A stretch of 32,000 nt of DNA. It comes from Okeania sp. Its GTDB lineage: Bacteria; Cyanobacteriota; Cyanobacteriia; Cyanobacteriales; Microcoleaceae. Positions 8,673 through 17,646 of the stretch are shown here, one piece after another. Both the position numbers and the translations under genes were made by a program. The notes under the pieces are model-generated. The model was given only the letters and a program-made list of their open reading frames with translations, ran no database searches and had not been told where the DNA came from. The stretch's first letter is position 1. Every line of letters begins with the position of its first letter. The stretch spans positions 18,654-50,653 of the forward strand of contig NZ_JAYKGW010000217.1 of assembly GCF_035285525.1 (NCBI RefSeq), written 5' to 3'.

Positions 8673-9581
8673 TTACAGAACAAATCCTAAGCCCAATAAT
8701 AATCCACTAAAAAAATGCAAATAAACAGCAATAAACTTACAATTACTAACTTTTTCTGGTTGGTCATGATAATTACTAACATGACTACATAAATGAATAG
8801 CAAAAGGCAAACTACCAAAACTTAATAAACTCCAAATAGGGAAAAATCCTAAACTTATACAGATAGAAATTAATACAAAAACCATTCCACAAAACCAATT
8901 TAATACTTGAGAACCTGCCTTAGTTCCTATTCTCACAATAGGCGATCGCTTTCCTGCTGCTAAGTCATCTTCTACCTGATGAAAATGAGAACAAAAGAGA
9001 ATAATAGTAGTAGTAATTCCGATAATTATTGATGCTATTAAACTGTTAATTGACCAAGCCTTAGTTTGACTATAATAAGCAGCAGAAATTGCCAACGGAC
9101 CAAAAGCAAAAAAACAGAGAATTTCTCCTAAACCTTGATATCCTAATCTAAAGGGAGGACCTTGATAAGTATATCCTAAAAAACAACAGAGTAATATTAA
9201 CCCAATTACAGTTAAATCTTGTAGCCACCAACTAATCATTGCAATTCCCAAAATACCTAAAAATAAACATAAATTACCTAGCCAAAAAATTAAGGTTTTA
9301 TTATTAGTTAAGTTTACCAATGAATGATGTTTATTTTTATCAATTCCTGTTTCCGAGTCAAACACATCATTGCTAATATTCTCCCAAGCCAAAATTAAAA
9401 TTGCTGATGTTATAAACGTTAAAAAAATCGACCAATTAATTGCGTTTTTTGCCGAGATAGCTATTGCTGTTCCTACCCATATTGGCATAATTGCTACACT
9501 ATACATAGGTGGTTTAATTGCAGCTAGCCATAACTTTTTATCAGATTTATTTGCTATTTGAACTGTCATTTCAGTTATCAT
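8673..9581 (-). CDS. menA: 1,4-dihydroxy-2-naphthoate phytyltransferase (UbiA family)
   Basis: 302 aa polytopic membrane protein. LWLAAIKPPMY N-terminus and the prenyltransferase motif NDVFDSETGID. The ATG at 9581 sits inside a heptamer array, so the ATG at 9569 (MTVQIANK...) is an equally plausible start. Confidence 0.85.
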   Translation of the reverse strand: MITEMTVQIANKSDKKLWLAAIKPPMYSVAIMPIWVGTAIAISAKNAINWSIFLTFITSAILILAWENISNDVFDSETGIDKNKHHSLVNLTNNKTLIFWLGNLCLFLGILGIAMISWWLQDLTVIGLILLCCFLGYTYQGPPFRLGYQGLGEILCFFAFGPLAISAAYYSQTKAWSINSLIASIIIGITTTIILFCSHFHQVEDDLAAGKRSPIVRIGTKAGSQVLNWFCGMVFVLISICISLGFFPIWSLLSFGSLPFAIHLCSHVSNYHDQPEKVSNCKFIAVYLHFFSGLLLGLGFVL

Positions 9582-9623
9582 TTATCAGTTATCATTTATC
9601 ATTTATCAGTTATCAGTACCTCT
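9571..9623. repeat. Heptamer array (tcagtta / tcattta, 7 units) ending in tacctct, the reverse complement of the agaggta head; overlaps the menA start region
   Basis: Units at 9571-9619 were counted individually. tacctct is at 9617-9623. Confidence 0.85.
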
Positions 9624-9938
9624 AGCTAAAGCCAAAAGCTGAAATATAAAATTTCTTTTTTTATATCCTTGAAAGAGGAGGTATGAGATATTAGTCTTTC
9701 AAAAGCTGAATCCGGGGACATTCTGTAGGAAATCCAAGCTAGCTAAATACTTATCCTCAAAACAATGATAAATATTATCCAGAAATATTTTTTACTGACA
9801 ATAATTTTTAATCTCTTACCACTTTAATTTACCAATTAGAGCAAAAGCTTAACAAAAAATAATTTAATTTATCTTTCCTTTACATTATACTTGCCTAAAT
9901 AATCCCCTATCCCCTATCCTCACAAAAGAGGGTTCAAT

Positions 9939-9971
9939 AATTAACAATTAACAATTAATAATTAATAATTA
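9939..9971. repeat. Heptamer array (aattaac x2, aattaat x2, aattagt), preceded by cccctat x2 at 9904-9917
   Basis: Read directly. It lies in the menA/menF divergent spacer. Confidence 0.8.
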
Positions 9972-10146
9972 GTTCAAAGGAACTTGTTTCTTCTCCCCGA
10001 AAGGAGAGACTTTAAAGCTTAATTTTGCGGTAAAAAAAAGTCTAATATTAATTAATGCTAGGGGATAAATTTTAGCACTATCAGGAATTGGACAGCCCCA
10101 CCAATCACTATCTCTGATTCAGTGAAAATTTGCTATTCTTATTTTC

Positions 10147-11643
10147 ATGCCTGTAATACCAACTTCTATTAATCTGTTTCAAACCTGCCAAGAGCTGCAT
10201 CAATTTCTGTTTAATTGTCAACAGACATTAACAGACAAGATGCAGACAAAAATAATAAGTATTTCTCTGGAAATATTACCCGTAGATCCCCTAGCAGTAT
10301 TGCAAGAAATTTGTCAACCAAATCAACTACATTTTTACTTAGAAAAACAAGTAATTGAAGAAAAAAATTCTCAGAAAAAGAGCTTGGCGATCGCTGCTAT
10401 TAATTCTGCTAAACATTTAACCATTAAAAGTGGAAATCGTTTTGCCCAAGCTCAATCTTTTATTCAATCGTGTTTAAACAATATAACTTCTCTAGGAGCG
10501 ACACATTTACCTTATGCAGGACCCCACTTTTTTTGTAATTTTACCTTCTTTGAAAAACATACTCAAGCAAATATAAACAACTTTCACCAAAACGGTAATT
10601 ATCAACAAAAATCATCTGTAAATCCTCACTTTCCTTCAGCAACAATATTTCTACCAAAGTGGCAAATAACTCATATAAATAATCACAATATACTTGTCAT
10701 CAATATAGTTATCAACACCTCTATTAACATTGAAAATCTTTCGCAGAAAATTTGGAATAAATACCAGCAAATAACCCAGATAAAAAATACTGATTTATCA
10801 ACTTTAACAAAGCCTTATAAAAAACTTAGGAAAATTAACGTTAATCATTTACAAGAATTTAAAAAATCCGTCGCTTCAGCTCTAGACTTAATTAATTCAA
10901 ATTCTTTAAGAAAAATTGTTTTAGCCCATGCTATAGATATTTATTCTCAAACGAATTTTAACCTAATCAAATCCTTAAATAACTTGCGATTAATTTATCC
11001 AGACTGCTATGTAATTTCTATCAGTAATGGCAAAGGTCAGAACTTTATATGTGCAAGCCCAGAACGCTTAATTAATATTAATAATAATCAATTAATTACA
11101 GATGCCTTAGCAGGTTCTGCACCCAGAGGTAAAAACCCAAGTGAAGATGCAAAATTAGCCAATAATTTATTATCTAGCGAAAAAGATTTACGAGAACATC
11201 AATTTGTCATAGATTTTATTATTAAACGTCTTCAAAATTTAGGATTAAAACCTAATTATTCATCTCAACCCCATCTACTACAATTGTCAAATATTCAACA
11301 TTTATGGACTCCAATAACAGCAGAAATTTCCCAAAATATTCATCTATTAGAAATATTAGCAGAACTTCATCCCACACCAGCAGTAGCAGGATTTCCTAGA
11401 GATATTGCTCAAGAAAAAATACAGAATTTTGAAACCTTTGATCGATCGCTTTATGCAGCACCTATTGGTTGGATAGATCGTCAAGGAAATGGGGAATTTG
11501 CTGTAGGTATTAGGTCAGCTTTAATTAATGGAGACCATGCTAGACTTTATGCTGGTGCAGGTATAGTTATTGGTTCTAAACCAGATAAAGAATTAGCAGA
11601 AGTTCAACTAAAACTTCAGACATTATTGAAGGCTTTAGTATAA
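10147..11643 (+). CDS. menF: Isochorismate synthase
   Basis: 498 aa. Chorismate-binding C-terminal half with SPERL, GSAPRG, LHPTPAVAGFP and YAGAGIV motifs. men gene context supports the call. Confidence 0.85.
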   Translation: MPVIPTSINLFQTCQELHQFLFNCQQTLTDKMQTKIISISLEILPVDPLAVLQEICQPNQLHFYLEKQVIEEKNSQKKSLAIAAINSAKHLTIKSGNRFAQAQSFIQSCLNNITSLGATHLPYAGPHFFCNFTFFEKHTQANINNFHQNGNYQQKSSVNPHFPSATIFLPKWQITHINNHNILVINIVINTSINIENLSQKIWNKYQQITQIKNTDLSTLTKPYKKLRKINVNHLQEFKKSVASALDLINSNSLRKIVLAHAIDIYSQTNFNLIKSLNNLRLIYPDCYVISISNGKGQNFICASPERLININNNQLITDALAGSAPRGKNPSEDAKLANNLLSSEKDLREHQFVIDFIIKRLQNLGLKPNYSSQPHLLQLSNIQHLWTPITAEISQNIHLLEILAELHPTPAVAGFPRDIAQEKIQNFETFDRSLYAAPIGWIDRQGNGEFAVGIRSALINGDHARLYAGAGIVIGSKPDKELAEVQLKLQTLLKALV

Positions 11644-11724
11644 GCTTGATTAAAAATAGTATTCACTCTTTTTTCCCAGTTAAGTGTTCTCTCTCAACGT
11701 AGGAAATTTATTTGACACAACTAC

Positions 11725-12741
11725 TTAACTTTGTAATAATGTCCAAAAATAGCCATCAGGAGAAACAAAAGAAAAGCTTTTTTCTTCAAATTCATTAACT
11801 ATTATTTCTGTAACTTCTGTTGCTTCACTATTACTAACTTTTTGATGATATAAGTCAATATTAGTAACTTTTAGGGTATACAAAGACGTTCCTAAACAAC
11901 CAGGACGAGAATAAGACTGTTTATTCTCTAAATTTCCTTCTAAACGTAAAACTTCCAAGTTACCTGAGTGAATTTGATTTTTTTCTTTTAAGTCATAACC
12001 AGGAGCAATAAAATAATAGTTAAACATTCTTTCATCAAGATTCTCTTTTTTCACTTCAAGTATGTTGCGAGAAGCCATATTATATCCACTTTCAATATTG
12101 TTAACAACCCGAACTAATCCCAAGACTCGATCATAAAAATCTAAGCTTTTATGTTCACAATCAACAATTAGTCCAACATGAACAAATTCTGAACTTTTAA
12201 AATGAGAATCTAGATTAACAATACCAGAATTAGGTCGATAATAATCATAACGTTGAAAGATAACTTGTCGAGTTAATGGTTGAATCAGAACCATTTCATA
12301 AACACAGGGGTTAGCTTGATAAAATGGCTGAAAATTTTCGGGACGATTAATTAAATTTCGCTGTGGAGGAACATAATATATTGGAAGTCCTATAGCTTGA
12401 GCATCTTCAGCATGATTAGCAACATTAAATACATCTAAAGATAAAGATGTTCCCCAACGACTACCAACTACTTTTAAAGGATTTAATCCTAATCCTTCAT
12501 TTACAAATTTATCCCAAATCATTATACGGATTAAACTTCTATCTGTGACTTGGTTTTGAAGACGTAAAGAATGTAAATTTGAGTCAACTCCATACAATTT
12601 TTTAGCTGTTTCTGCATCAAGGTTTCCAGATAGATTAACTGTATAGCCAAACTTTTCCCAATAGTTAATTAAATTGCTTTTTTCTGCTGCTGTAATACCG
12701 ATAACAATTTCGTACAATCCGCTAATAGATGAATTAGTCAT
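11725..12741 (-). CDS. Hypothetical protein, possibly a two-module VOC (glyoxalase/dioxygenase-fold) protein
   Basis: 338 aa clean ORF. The segment FVHVGLIVDCEHKSLDFYDRVLGL looks like the first beta-alpha unit of a VOC module. The N-terminal GLYEIVIGITAAEKSNLINYWEKFGY may be a second such unit. No catalytic assignment is possible. Confidence 0.45.
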   Translation of the reverse strand: MTNSSISGLYEIVIGITAAEKSNLINYWEKFGYTVNLSGNLDAETAKKLYGVDSNLHSLRLQNQVTDRSLIRIMIWDKFVNEGLGLNPLKVVGSRWGTSLSLDVFNVANHAEDAQAIGLPIYYVPPQRNLINRPENFQPFYQANPCVYEMVLIQPLTRQVIFQRYDYYRPNSGIVNLDSHFKSSEFVHVGLIVDCEHKSLDFYDRVLGLVRVVNNIESGYNMASRNILEVKKENLDERMFNYYFIAPGYDLKEKNQIHSGNLEVLRLEGNLENKQSYSRPGCLGTSLYTLKVTNIDLYHQKVSNSEATEVTEIIVNEFEEKSFSFVSPDGYFWTLLQS

Positions 12742-13084
12742 AAACTAAAACCCCTCAAAGAATATATAATAAATTTGCTGTTTATTTATGTAGTAGTTCC
12801 CAAATTAAAATCAAAAAAAATAGCGATTATTTGGAAAATTTCATTGTTATAAGTAGCAATTATTCACAAACAAATTTGCTACACCATTAAAATAAGTCCT
12901 AAAGATTAATTGAGTGGAACAACTTAATGATACTATATTTCTGTGCTGTATAAATTTTTGTCAAAAATCATATAAAAAAAGCTTTGAGATAGCCAAAAAT
13001 TAGTATTTGATATTTATTAATATAGTATTGTTTATTTATGTCTGATTATTTTACATATTGCCATTAAATATTCAAAATTTAACA

Positions 13085-14839
13085 ATGTCAATTGATTTTA
13101 GAAATATTAATACAGTATGGGCATCCATTTTAGTAGAAACACTACAACATTTAGGATTAACCATAGCAATCATTAGTCCTGGTTCTCGTTCTACACCTCT
13201 AACATTTGCCTTCGCTACCCATCCCAAAATAGAAACTATTCCTATTCTTGATGAACGTTCAGCAGCATTTTTTGCTCTAGGAATAGCCAGAAAAAATCAT
13301 CAACCTGTGGTTATAGTCTGCACATCTGGTACTGCCCCAGCTAACTTTTATCCAGCTATAATAGAAGCCAGAGAAAGTCGTATCCCACTATTAGTTTTAA
13401 CTGCAGATAGACCCCCAGAATTAAAAAATTGTCATGCTGGTCAAACCATAGATCAAGTAAAATTATATGGTAATTATCCTAACTGGCAAATTGAACTAAG
13501 TTTACCTTCAATACAACTAAAAAGACTAGAATATTTAAGACAAACAGTTATTTATGGTTGGGAAAAAACTACTTTTCCTACACCAGGAGTCGTACATTTT
13601 AATATCCCTTTTCGAGACCCTTTACCACCCATCCCTCAACCAGAAGCTACTGCCTTAGAATCAAAATTTCCCCAAAACTTTTTTGCTAATATACAGCCAA
13701 CTTTCAGAACAGAATTTATCCCAAATTCTGACTTAATAGAAATATTAAAAAATCAAATTAAATCTGATTCAGGAATCATCATTGCAGGTTTAGCACAACC
13801 AGAAAAACCTCAAAAATATTGTCAAGCGATCGCTCAAATTTCCCAAACTTTAAACTTTCCTATTTTAGCGGAAGGTTTATCACCTTTAAGAAATTATTCT
13901 CAGTTAAATCCTTATTTAATTAGCACTTACGATTTAATTTTAAGGAATCAAAAATTAGCAGAAAAACTCATTCCTAAAATAGTCTTTCAAATTGGAGAAT
14001 TACCGATAAGTAAACAACTCAGAAGTTGGCTAGAAACAACTAATTCCCAAAGATTAATAATAGACAAAAGCGACCATAATTTCGATCCACTTCATGGCAA
14101 AACAACTCACTTACGAATCTCAGTAGAACAACTAGCAAAAACTTTAATTAGTCAATCTTTCCCAAATAAATTTGATAAAAATTACTTAGATTTGTGGTGT
14201 AACGCTGAAGCAAAAGTCAGAGAAAATATCGACAAAAAAATGATAGCAATAAATCAGATATTAGAACCAAAAATAGCTTGGTTAATATCTCAGACATTAC
14301 CAAAAAACACACCAATATTTATTGCTAATAGTATGCCAGTTAGAGACGTAGAATTTTTCTGGGTTCCAAATAACTCTCAAATTCAACCATTTTTCAATCG
14401 AGGAGCAAACGGAATAGACGGTACTTTATCAACAGCTTTAGGTATAGCTCATACTAATAAAAGTAGTGTTATGTTAACAGGAGATTTAGCACTTTTACAT
14501 GACACTAATGGTTTTTTACTAAGGAATAAATTAGTCGGTCATTTAACCATTATTTTGATTAATAATCAAGGAGGTGGAATTTTTGAAATGTTACCTATTG
14601 CTAAATTTGAACCACCTTTTACAGAATTTTTTGCTACTCCTCAAGATATTAATTTTGCCGATCTATGTAAAACTTATGGTGTAGAATATCAAAACATTTA
14701 TTCCTGGCAGAAATTAGAACAACTTTTAAATCCTTTACCAAGTAGTGGAATCAGAGTTCTAGAATTACAAACAAACCGCCAACTTGATGCTAAATGGCGG
14801 TTAGATAACTTAGATAAATTTGCAGCGGATTTTTTCTAA
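13085..14839 (+). CDS. menD: 2-succinyl-5-enolpyruvyl-6-hydroxy-3-cyclohexene-1-carboxylate (SEPHCHC) synthase
   Basis: ThDP enzyme. N-terminal PGSRSTPLT and ERSAAFFALG, and the C-terminal ThDP motif GDLALLHDTNG...NNQGGGIF. I prefer the ATG at 13085 (MSIDFRNINTVWAS) over the TTG at 13058 given in the ORF track. Confidence 0.9.
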   Translation: MSIDFRNINTVWASILVETLQHLGLTIAIISPGSRSTPLTFAFATHPKIETIPILDERSAAFFALGIARKNHQPVVIVCTSGTAPANFYPAIIEARESRIPLLVLTADRPPELKNCHAGQTIDQVKLYGNYPNWQIELSLPSIQLKRLEYLRQTVIYGWEKTTFPTPGVVHFNIPFRDPLPPIPQPEATALESKFPQNFFANIQPTFRTEFIPNSDLIEILKNQIKSDSGIIIAGLAQPEKPQKYCQAIAQISQTLNFPILAEGLSPLRNYSQLNPYLISTYDLILRNQKLAEKLIPKIVFQIGELPISKQLRSWLETTNSQRLIIDKSDHNFDPLHGKTTHLRISVEQLAKTLISQSFPNKFDKNYLDLWCNAEAKVRENIDKKMIAINQILEPKIAWLISQTLPKNTPIFIANSMPVRDVEFFWVPNNSQIQPFFNRGANGIDGTLSTALGIAHTNKSSVMLTGDLALLHDTNGFLLRNKLVGHLTIILINNQGGGIFEMLPIAKFEPPFTEFFATPQDINFADLCKTYGVEYQNIYSWQKLEQLLNPLPSSGIRVLELQTNRQLDAKWRLDNLDKFAADFF

Positions 14840-14873
14840 AAGAAAGAATTCAATAATTAAATAATTAATTATT

Positions 14874-14934
14874 GGGGTTGGCTGAATTATTTATCAAAGC
14901 ATTTAAACATAAAGGTTTGAAAAGTTTTAGGTGC
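14874..14934 (-). repeat. Dispersed repeat, family B (tcagccaaccc type), inverted relative to the copy at 15232-15288
   Basis: The reverse complement reads gcacctaaaacttttcaaacctttatgtttaaatgctttgataaataattcagccaacccc. It is alignable by eye to 15232-15288 and 19134-19193. Confidence 0.6.
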
Positions 14935-15073
14935 TGATTTTTCACCGAACCGTAAAAGTACCATTTTTTGGGTTTATGGAGCAGAAAAATTGAGTATTTT
15001 AGATTAATAATGACAGAACAACTAATCCGTAATCATTAACAACCACTTCTTCTAGAAATCCTCTAAAACCTAA

Positions 15074-15108
15074 CTCTTAACTACTCCCTACTCCCTACTT
15101 CCTACCTT
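15074..15108. repeat. Heptamer array (ctactcc x2, ctacttc, ctacctt; the complement of agggagt)
   Basis: Read directly. The reverse-complement units agggagt agggagt occur just after thiL at about 18683-18696. Confidence 0.75.
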
Positions 15109-15231
15109 AACAAAAATAATTTTTCAGGAGATGAGGTAATAGGGTGATAGAGAGTAATTTTTTTTACCCAACTCTTGCCCAAAATGCAATCCTTTTTGAG
15201 TATGAATAGCTCAAACAAGGGGACCTTTTTA

Positions 15232-15288
15232 CACCCTAAAAAAGCTAAAACTTTTACAGACAAAAGTTTTTATATTTAATCAGCAAGC
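15232..15288 (+). repeat. Dispersed repeat, family B copy with a perfect 9-bp hairpin
   Basis: caccctaaaaaagctAAAACTTTTacagacAAAAGTTTTtatatttaatcagcaagc. The stem is at 15247-15255/15262-15270. Confidence 0.65.
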
Positions 15289-15309
15289 TGTAATTATTAA
15301 TCCCAAAGT

Positions 15310-15624
15310 TTATGAAGTAGCTTGACTTAATAAAGAATCTAATTCACCCTTGCTATCCAAAGTATAAATATCATCACAGCCGCCAATATGTTGATTATTA
15401 ATAAAAATCTGTGGCACAGTACGACCTCCATTAGCACGTTCAGCCATACTATTTCTAGCACTTTCATTGCCATCTATTTTGTATTCCGTGTACTTAACAC
15501 CTTTCCACCAAAGCAAAAGTTTTGCTCTAATACAATAGGGACAAGTTTGCCAAGTGTAAATTTCGACCTTTGCCTTGACAAGTTCTGCATGACGACCCAG
15601 AATAGGGTTGAGAAAATCAAACAT
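15310..15624 (-). CDS. grxC: Glutaredoxin (Grx3-type, CPYC)
   Basis: 104 aa. CPYC active site, TVPQIFI and GGCDD motifs. Confidence 0.9.
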   Translation of the reverse strand: MFDFLNPILGRHAELVKAKVEIYTWQTCPYCIRAKLLLWWKGVKYTEYKIDGNESARNSMAERANGGRTVPQIFINNQHIGGCDDIYTLDSKGELDSLLSQATS

Positions 15625-15754
15625 TTTTAGTAATTAATTAGAGTAAAAATAAGTAAGTTTAAAAATTTAGAACCATCAACAGTAAATTAATCCGACTTGA
15701 TGTTCTATTTATTAATTTACACTAATACTGCAAAATTAATTTAGGACTACTTAA

Positions 15755-16012
15755 CTATCTATATCTTGTAGGTTTAGCTCTCATTTTCATTTGTGTTTGC
15801 ATTTTTTTTCTAATATATAACTCTCTCGAAATATTAGAAAAATAATGAGCAGTAAATACTACATTTACTATAAAAAAAGCTAAGACAAAAACTAGAACAA
15901 AAAAACCTGCTAAAGTAAATTTATAGAAGAAAGTAAAAAATAAAAATATAATCGAAAGAAAACCTGCTCCAGAAGCAGAAGAACTAACAACTAGCCAGCG
16001 TAAATTAGACAT
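15755..16012 (-). CDS. Small hypothetical membrane protein (two predicted hydrophobic helices, basic tail)
   Basis: 85-codon ORF on the same strand as its neighbours grxC and vipp1. Two long hydrophobic stretches. No recognisable family. The very AT-rich sequence makes a chance ORF possible. Confidence 0.3.
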   Translation of the reverse strand: MSNLRWLVVSSSASGAGFLSIIFLFFTFFYKFTLAGFFVLVFVLAFFIVNVVFTAHYFSNISRELYIRKKMQTQMKMRAKPTRYR

Positions 16013-16099
16013 AGTTAAGTTAATATATATTTTTCTTAATTTAAGAAACTAAATAAAAATTATTTAACCACATATATCAATCCTATTTCAGTTTTCACC

Positions 16100-16143
16100 A
16101 AAGGTAATTAATAATTAATAATGGATAATTGATAACTAGAGAT
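16100..16143. repeat. Composite heptamer module: aaggta head, aattaat x2, aatggat, aattgat, aactaga, then an agagata tail
   Basis: It has the same head-array-tail architecture as 7664-7694. Confidence 0.8.
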
Positions 16144-16242
16144 AAACAGGTAAACAAAACAAATCACACATTGAGCGAAGCTGAAATCCTGATTTTGTAA
16201 ACATCGCGCTTTGTGAATAATTCTATATAGATGCTTAGTGTT

Positions 16243-16274
16243 CATTATCCATTGTTCATTATCCATTATCCATT
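16243..16274. repeat. Heptamer array (cattatc/cattgtt, about 4.5 units) downstream of vipp1
   Basis: Units were read at 16243, 16250, 16257, 16264 and 16271. Confidence 0.8.
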
Positions 16275-16400
16275 AAAGAAAGAAGTTATACTTTTAATCT
16301 CACACAGCCAAATAGAAGTGGGACTTGACCAGGAAAAAGCTAAATATGTATCAAAGCTATAAACTCTTGCTGAAAGAGCAAAATTCACATAAAACAAAAC

Positions 16401-17168
16401 TTACATTTTGTCAAGTTGTTTACGCAAATCCTCAAGTTCAGCATCAACCTCCGATTTTTCTGCTGAACCTTGATGAGAAGCAGGTAATTGACTCTGATTT
16501 ACTGAACCCCCTGCCAACTTTGCCTTCATCGCTGCCAACTCATCATCCACATCACTACTAGCTTCCAACTTGCGGAAATCCTCTTCCAAACCACCATCAC
16601 CTGCTAACTCTGCTGTAGCTTGAGAACGAGCCTCCATTTGCAAAACCTTTTCTTCCATCCGGTCAAAAGCTGCCATTGCTCCGCTAGTATTTAAAGAACC
16701 CATTGTATTATTAAGTTGCTCCTGAGTTCTAGCAGCCGTCATTCTGGCCTTCAACATATCCTTCTTAGCCTTAGCCTCAGAAATCTTACCTTCTAAAGCT
16801 GTCAGATTCTTTTTCAGGGTTTCCACCTGAGATGTTTGACTGTCCAAAGATACTTTTACAGTGCTTGCCGTCTCAGAATAAGTCTTCTTACGTTGCAGAG
16901 CTTCCTTGGCCAGATTTTCATCTCCCTTTTGCAAAGCTAACTGTGCCCGAGAGTACCATTGATTAGCTTGAGATTCAGCTTGATTGTACTGTTGTTGGCT
17001 GCGTTTCTGAGTCGCAATAGCACTAGCAACTGCCTGACGCAACTGGACTAAATCTTCCTGCATATCAAGAATAGACTGTTCCAGAACCTTCTCAGGATCT
17101 TCAGCCTTATTTACCATATCATTAACATTAGCTCTAACAAGACGACTAATTCGATCAAATAATCCCAT
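16401..17168 (-). CDS. vipp1: Vipp1/IM30 (PspA family with C-terminal extension)
   Basis: 255 aa. MGLFDRISRLVRANVNDMVNKAEDPEKVLEQ N-terminus, coiled-coil body, and a C-terminal extension (...DVDDELAAMKAKL...VDAELEDLRKQLDKM) of the kind that distinguishes Vipp1 from PspA. Confidence 0.85.
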   Translation of the reverse strand: MGLFDRISRLVRANVNDMVNKAEDPEKVLEQSILDMQEDLVQLRQAVASAIATQKRSQQQYNQAESQANQWYSRAQLALQKGDENLAKEALQRKKTYSETASTVKVSLDSQTSQVETLKKNLTALEGKISEAKAKKDMLKARMTAARTQEQLNNTMGSLNTSGAMAAFDRMEEKVLQMEARSQATAELAGDGGLEEDFRKLEASSDVDDELAAMKAKLAGGSVNQSQLPASHQGSAEKSEVDAELEDLRKQLDKM

Positions 17169-17391
17169 AATTTTATCTTTCCTTTTGATTGACCACTTGT
17201 TTAAGTTTGCTCCCAGCTTGCAATGACAGATATTAGCTACTCTGGGCCAAGCTTTTGATTAGTTGATTAGAGATAATTTCCCCTACAATTATAATATCCA
17301 TTTTCAGCGGTTCTTTGTCCCTAAAGCATTAGACAAAGTGCTTTATAAAACTGATACAAAGCCTCACATATCGTGACAAATTGATTGATGT

Positions 17392-17416
17392 GTAGGGACG
17401 TTGCATAAGTCCCTAC
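17392..17416. other. Hairpin gtagggac-gttgcataa-gtccctac (perfect 8-bp stem) at the edge of the thiL-upstream repeat
   Basis: The arms at 17392-17399 and 17409-17416 are exact complements. Confidence 0.6.
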
Positions 17417-17423
17417 CTACAGA

Positions 17424-17547
17424 GTCAAGAGGAATAGGGAGTTGCATAGAAGACTCGAAAAAATTATCCCTGGCTCGACTCTTACTCAAATACCAACTTG
17501 ATTTTTCGGGAACCGTGCTTTATAAGGCAAAAATCTGGTACTTTTTT
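17424..17547 (+). repeat. Dispersed repeat, family C, copy upstream of thiL
   Basis: It starts gtcaagaggaat..gagttgcataga and ends aaatctggtactttttt. It shares an identical 16-mer (aaatctggtacttttt, 17531-17546) and several blocks with 18728-18865. It also contains tttttcgggaaccgtgc, which is nearly the complement of gcacagttcccgaaaaa in the family A copy at 25966-25982. Confidence 0.65.
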
Positions 17548-17646
17548 AGACTAAAAATGCTACAATCTTTGTCTGTCAATCTTTTTAGATTTGATCAGTA
17601 AGCCATATTGAAGTGTGTAGTGCTATACATCTAAAGGACTACCTGA

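Noticed and set aside
9911-9925. Yfr1-like sRNA motif (atcctcacaa)
   Set aside because: It does not match the conserved ACUCCUCACAC core as I remember it, and it lacks the two flanking stem-loops. It lies inside a cccctat heptamer context.
17401-17601. 66-aa ORF (and the 61-aa ORF at 18741-18926) flanking thiL
   Set aside because: Both are translations of the two copies of the family C dispersed repeat. They use non-ATG starts and share no reading-frame conservation with each other.
17169-17646. TPP riboswitch upstream of thiL (and the ctgagaga string at 1436-1443)
   Set aside because: I could not find the conserved TPP aptamer core (the CUGAGA plus ACCUGAUCUGGAUAAUGCCAGCG-type elements together). 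The region is accounted for by a hairpin and the family C repeat.
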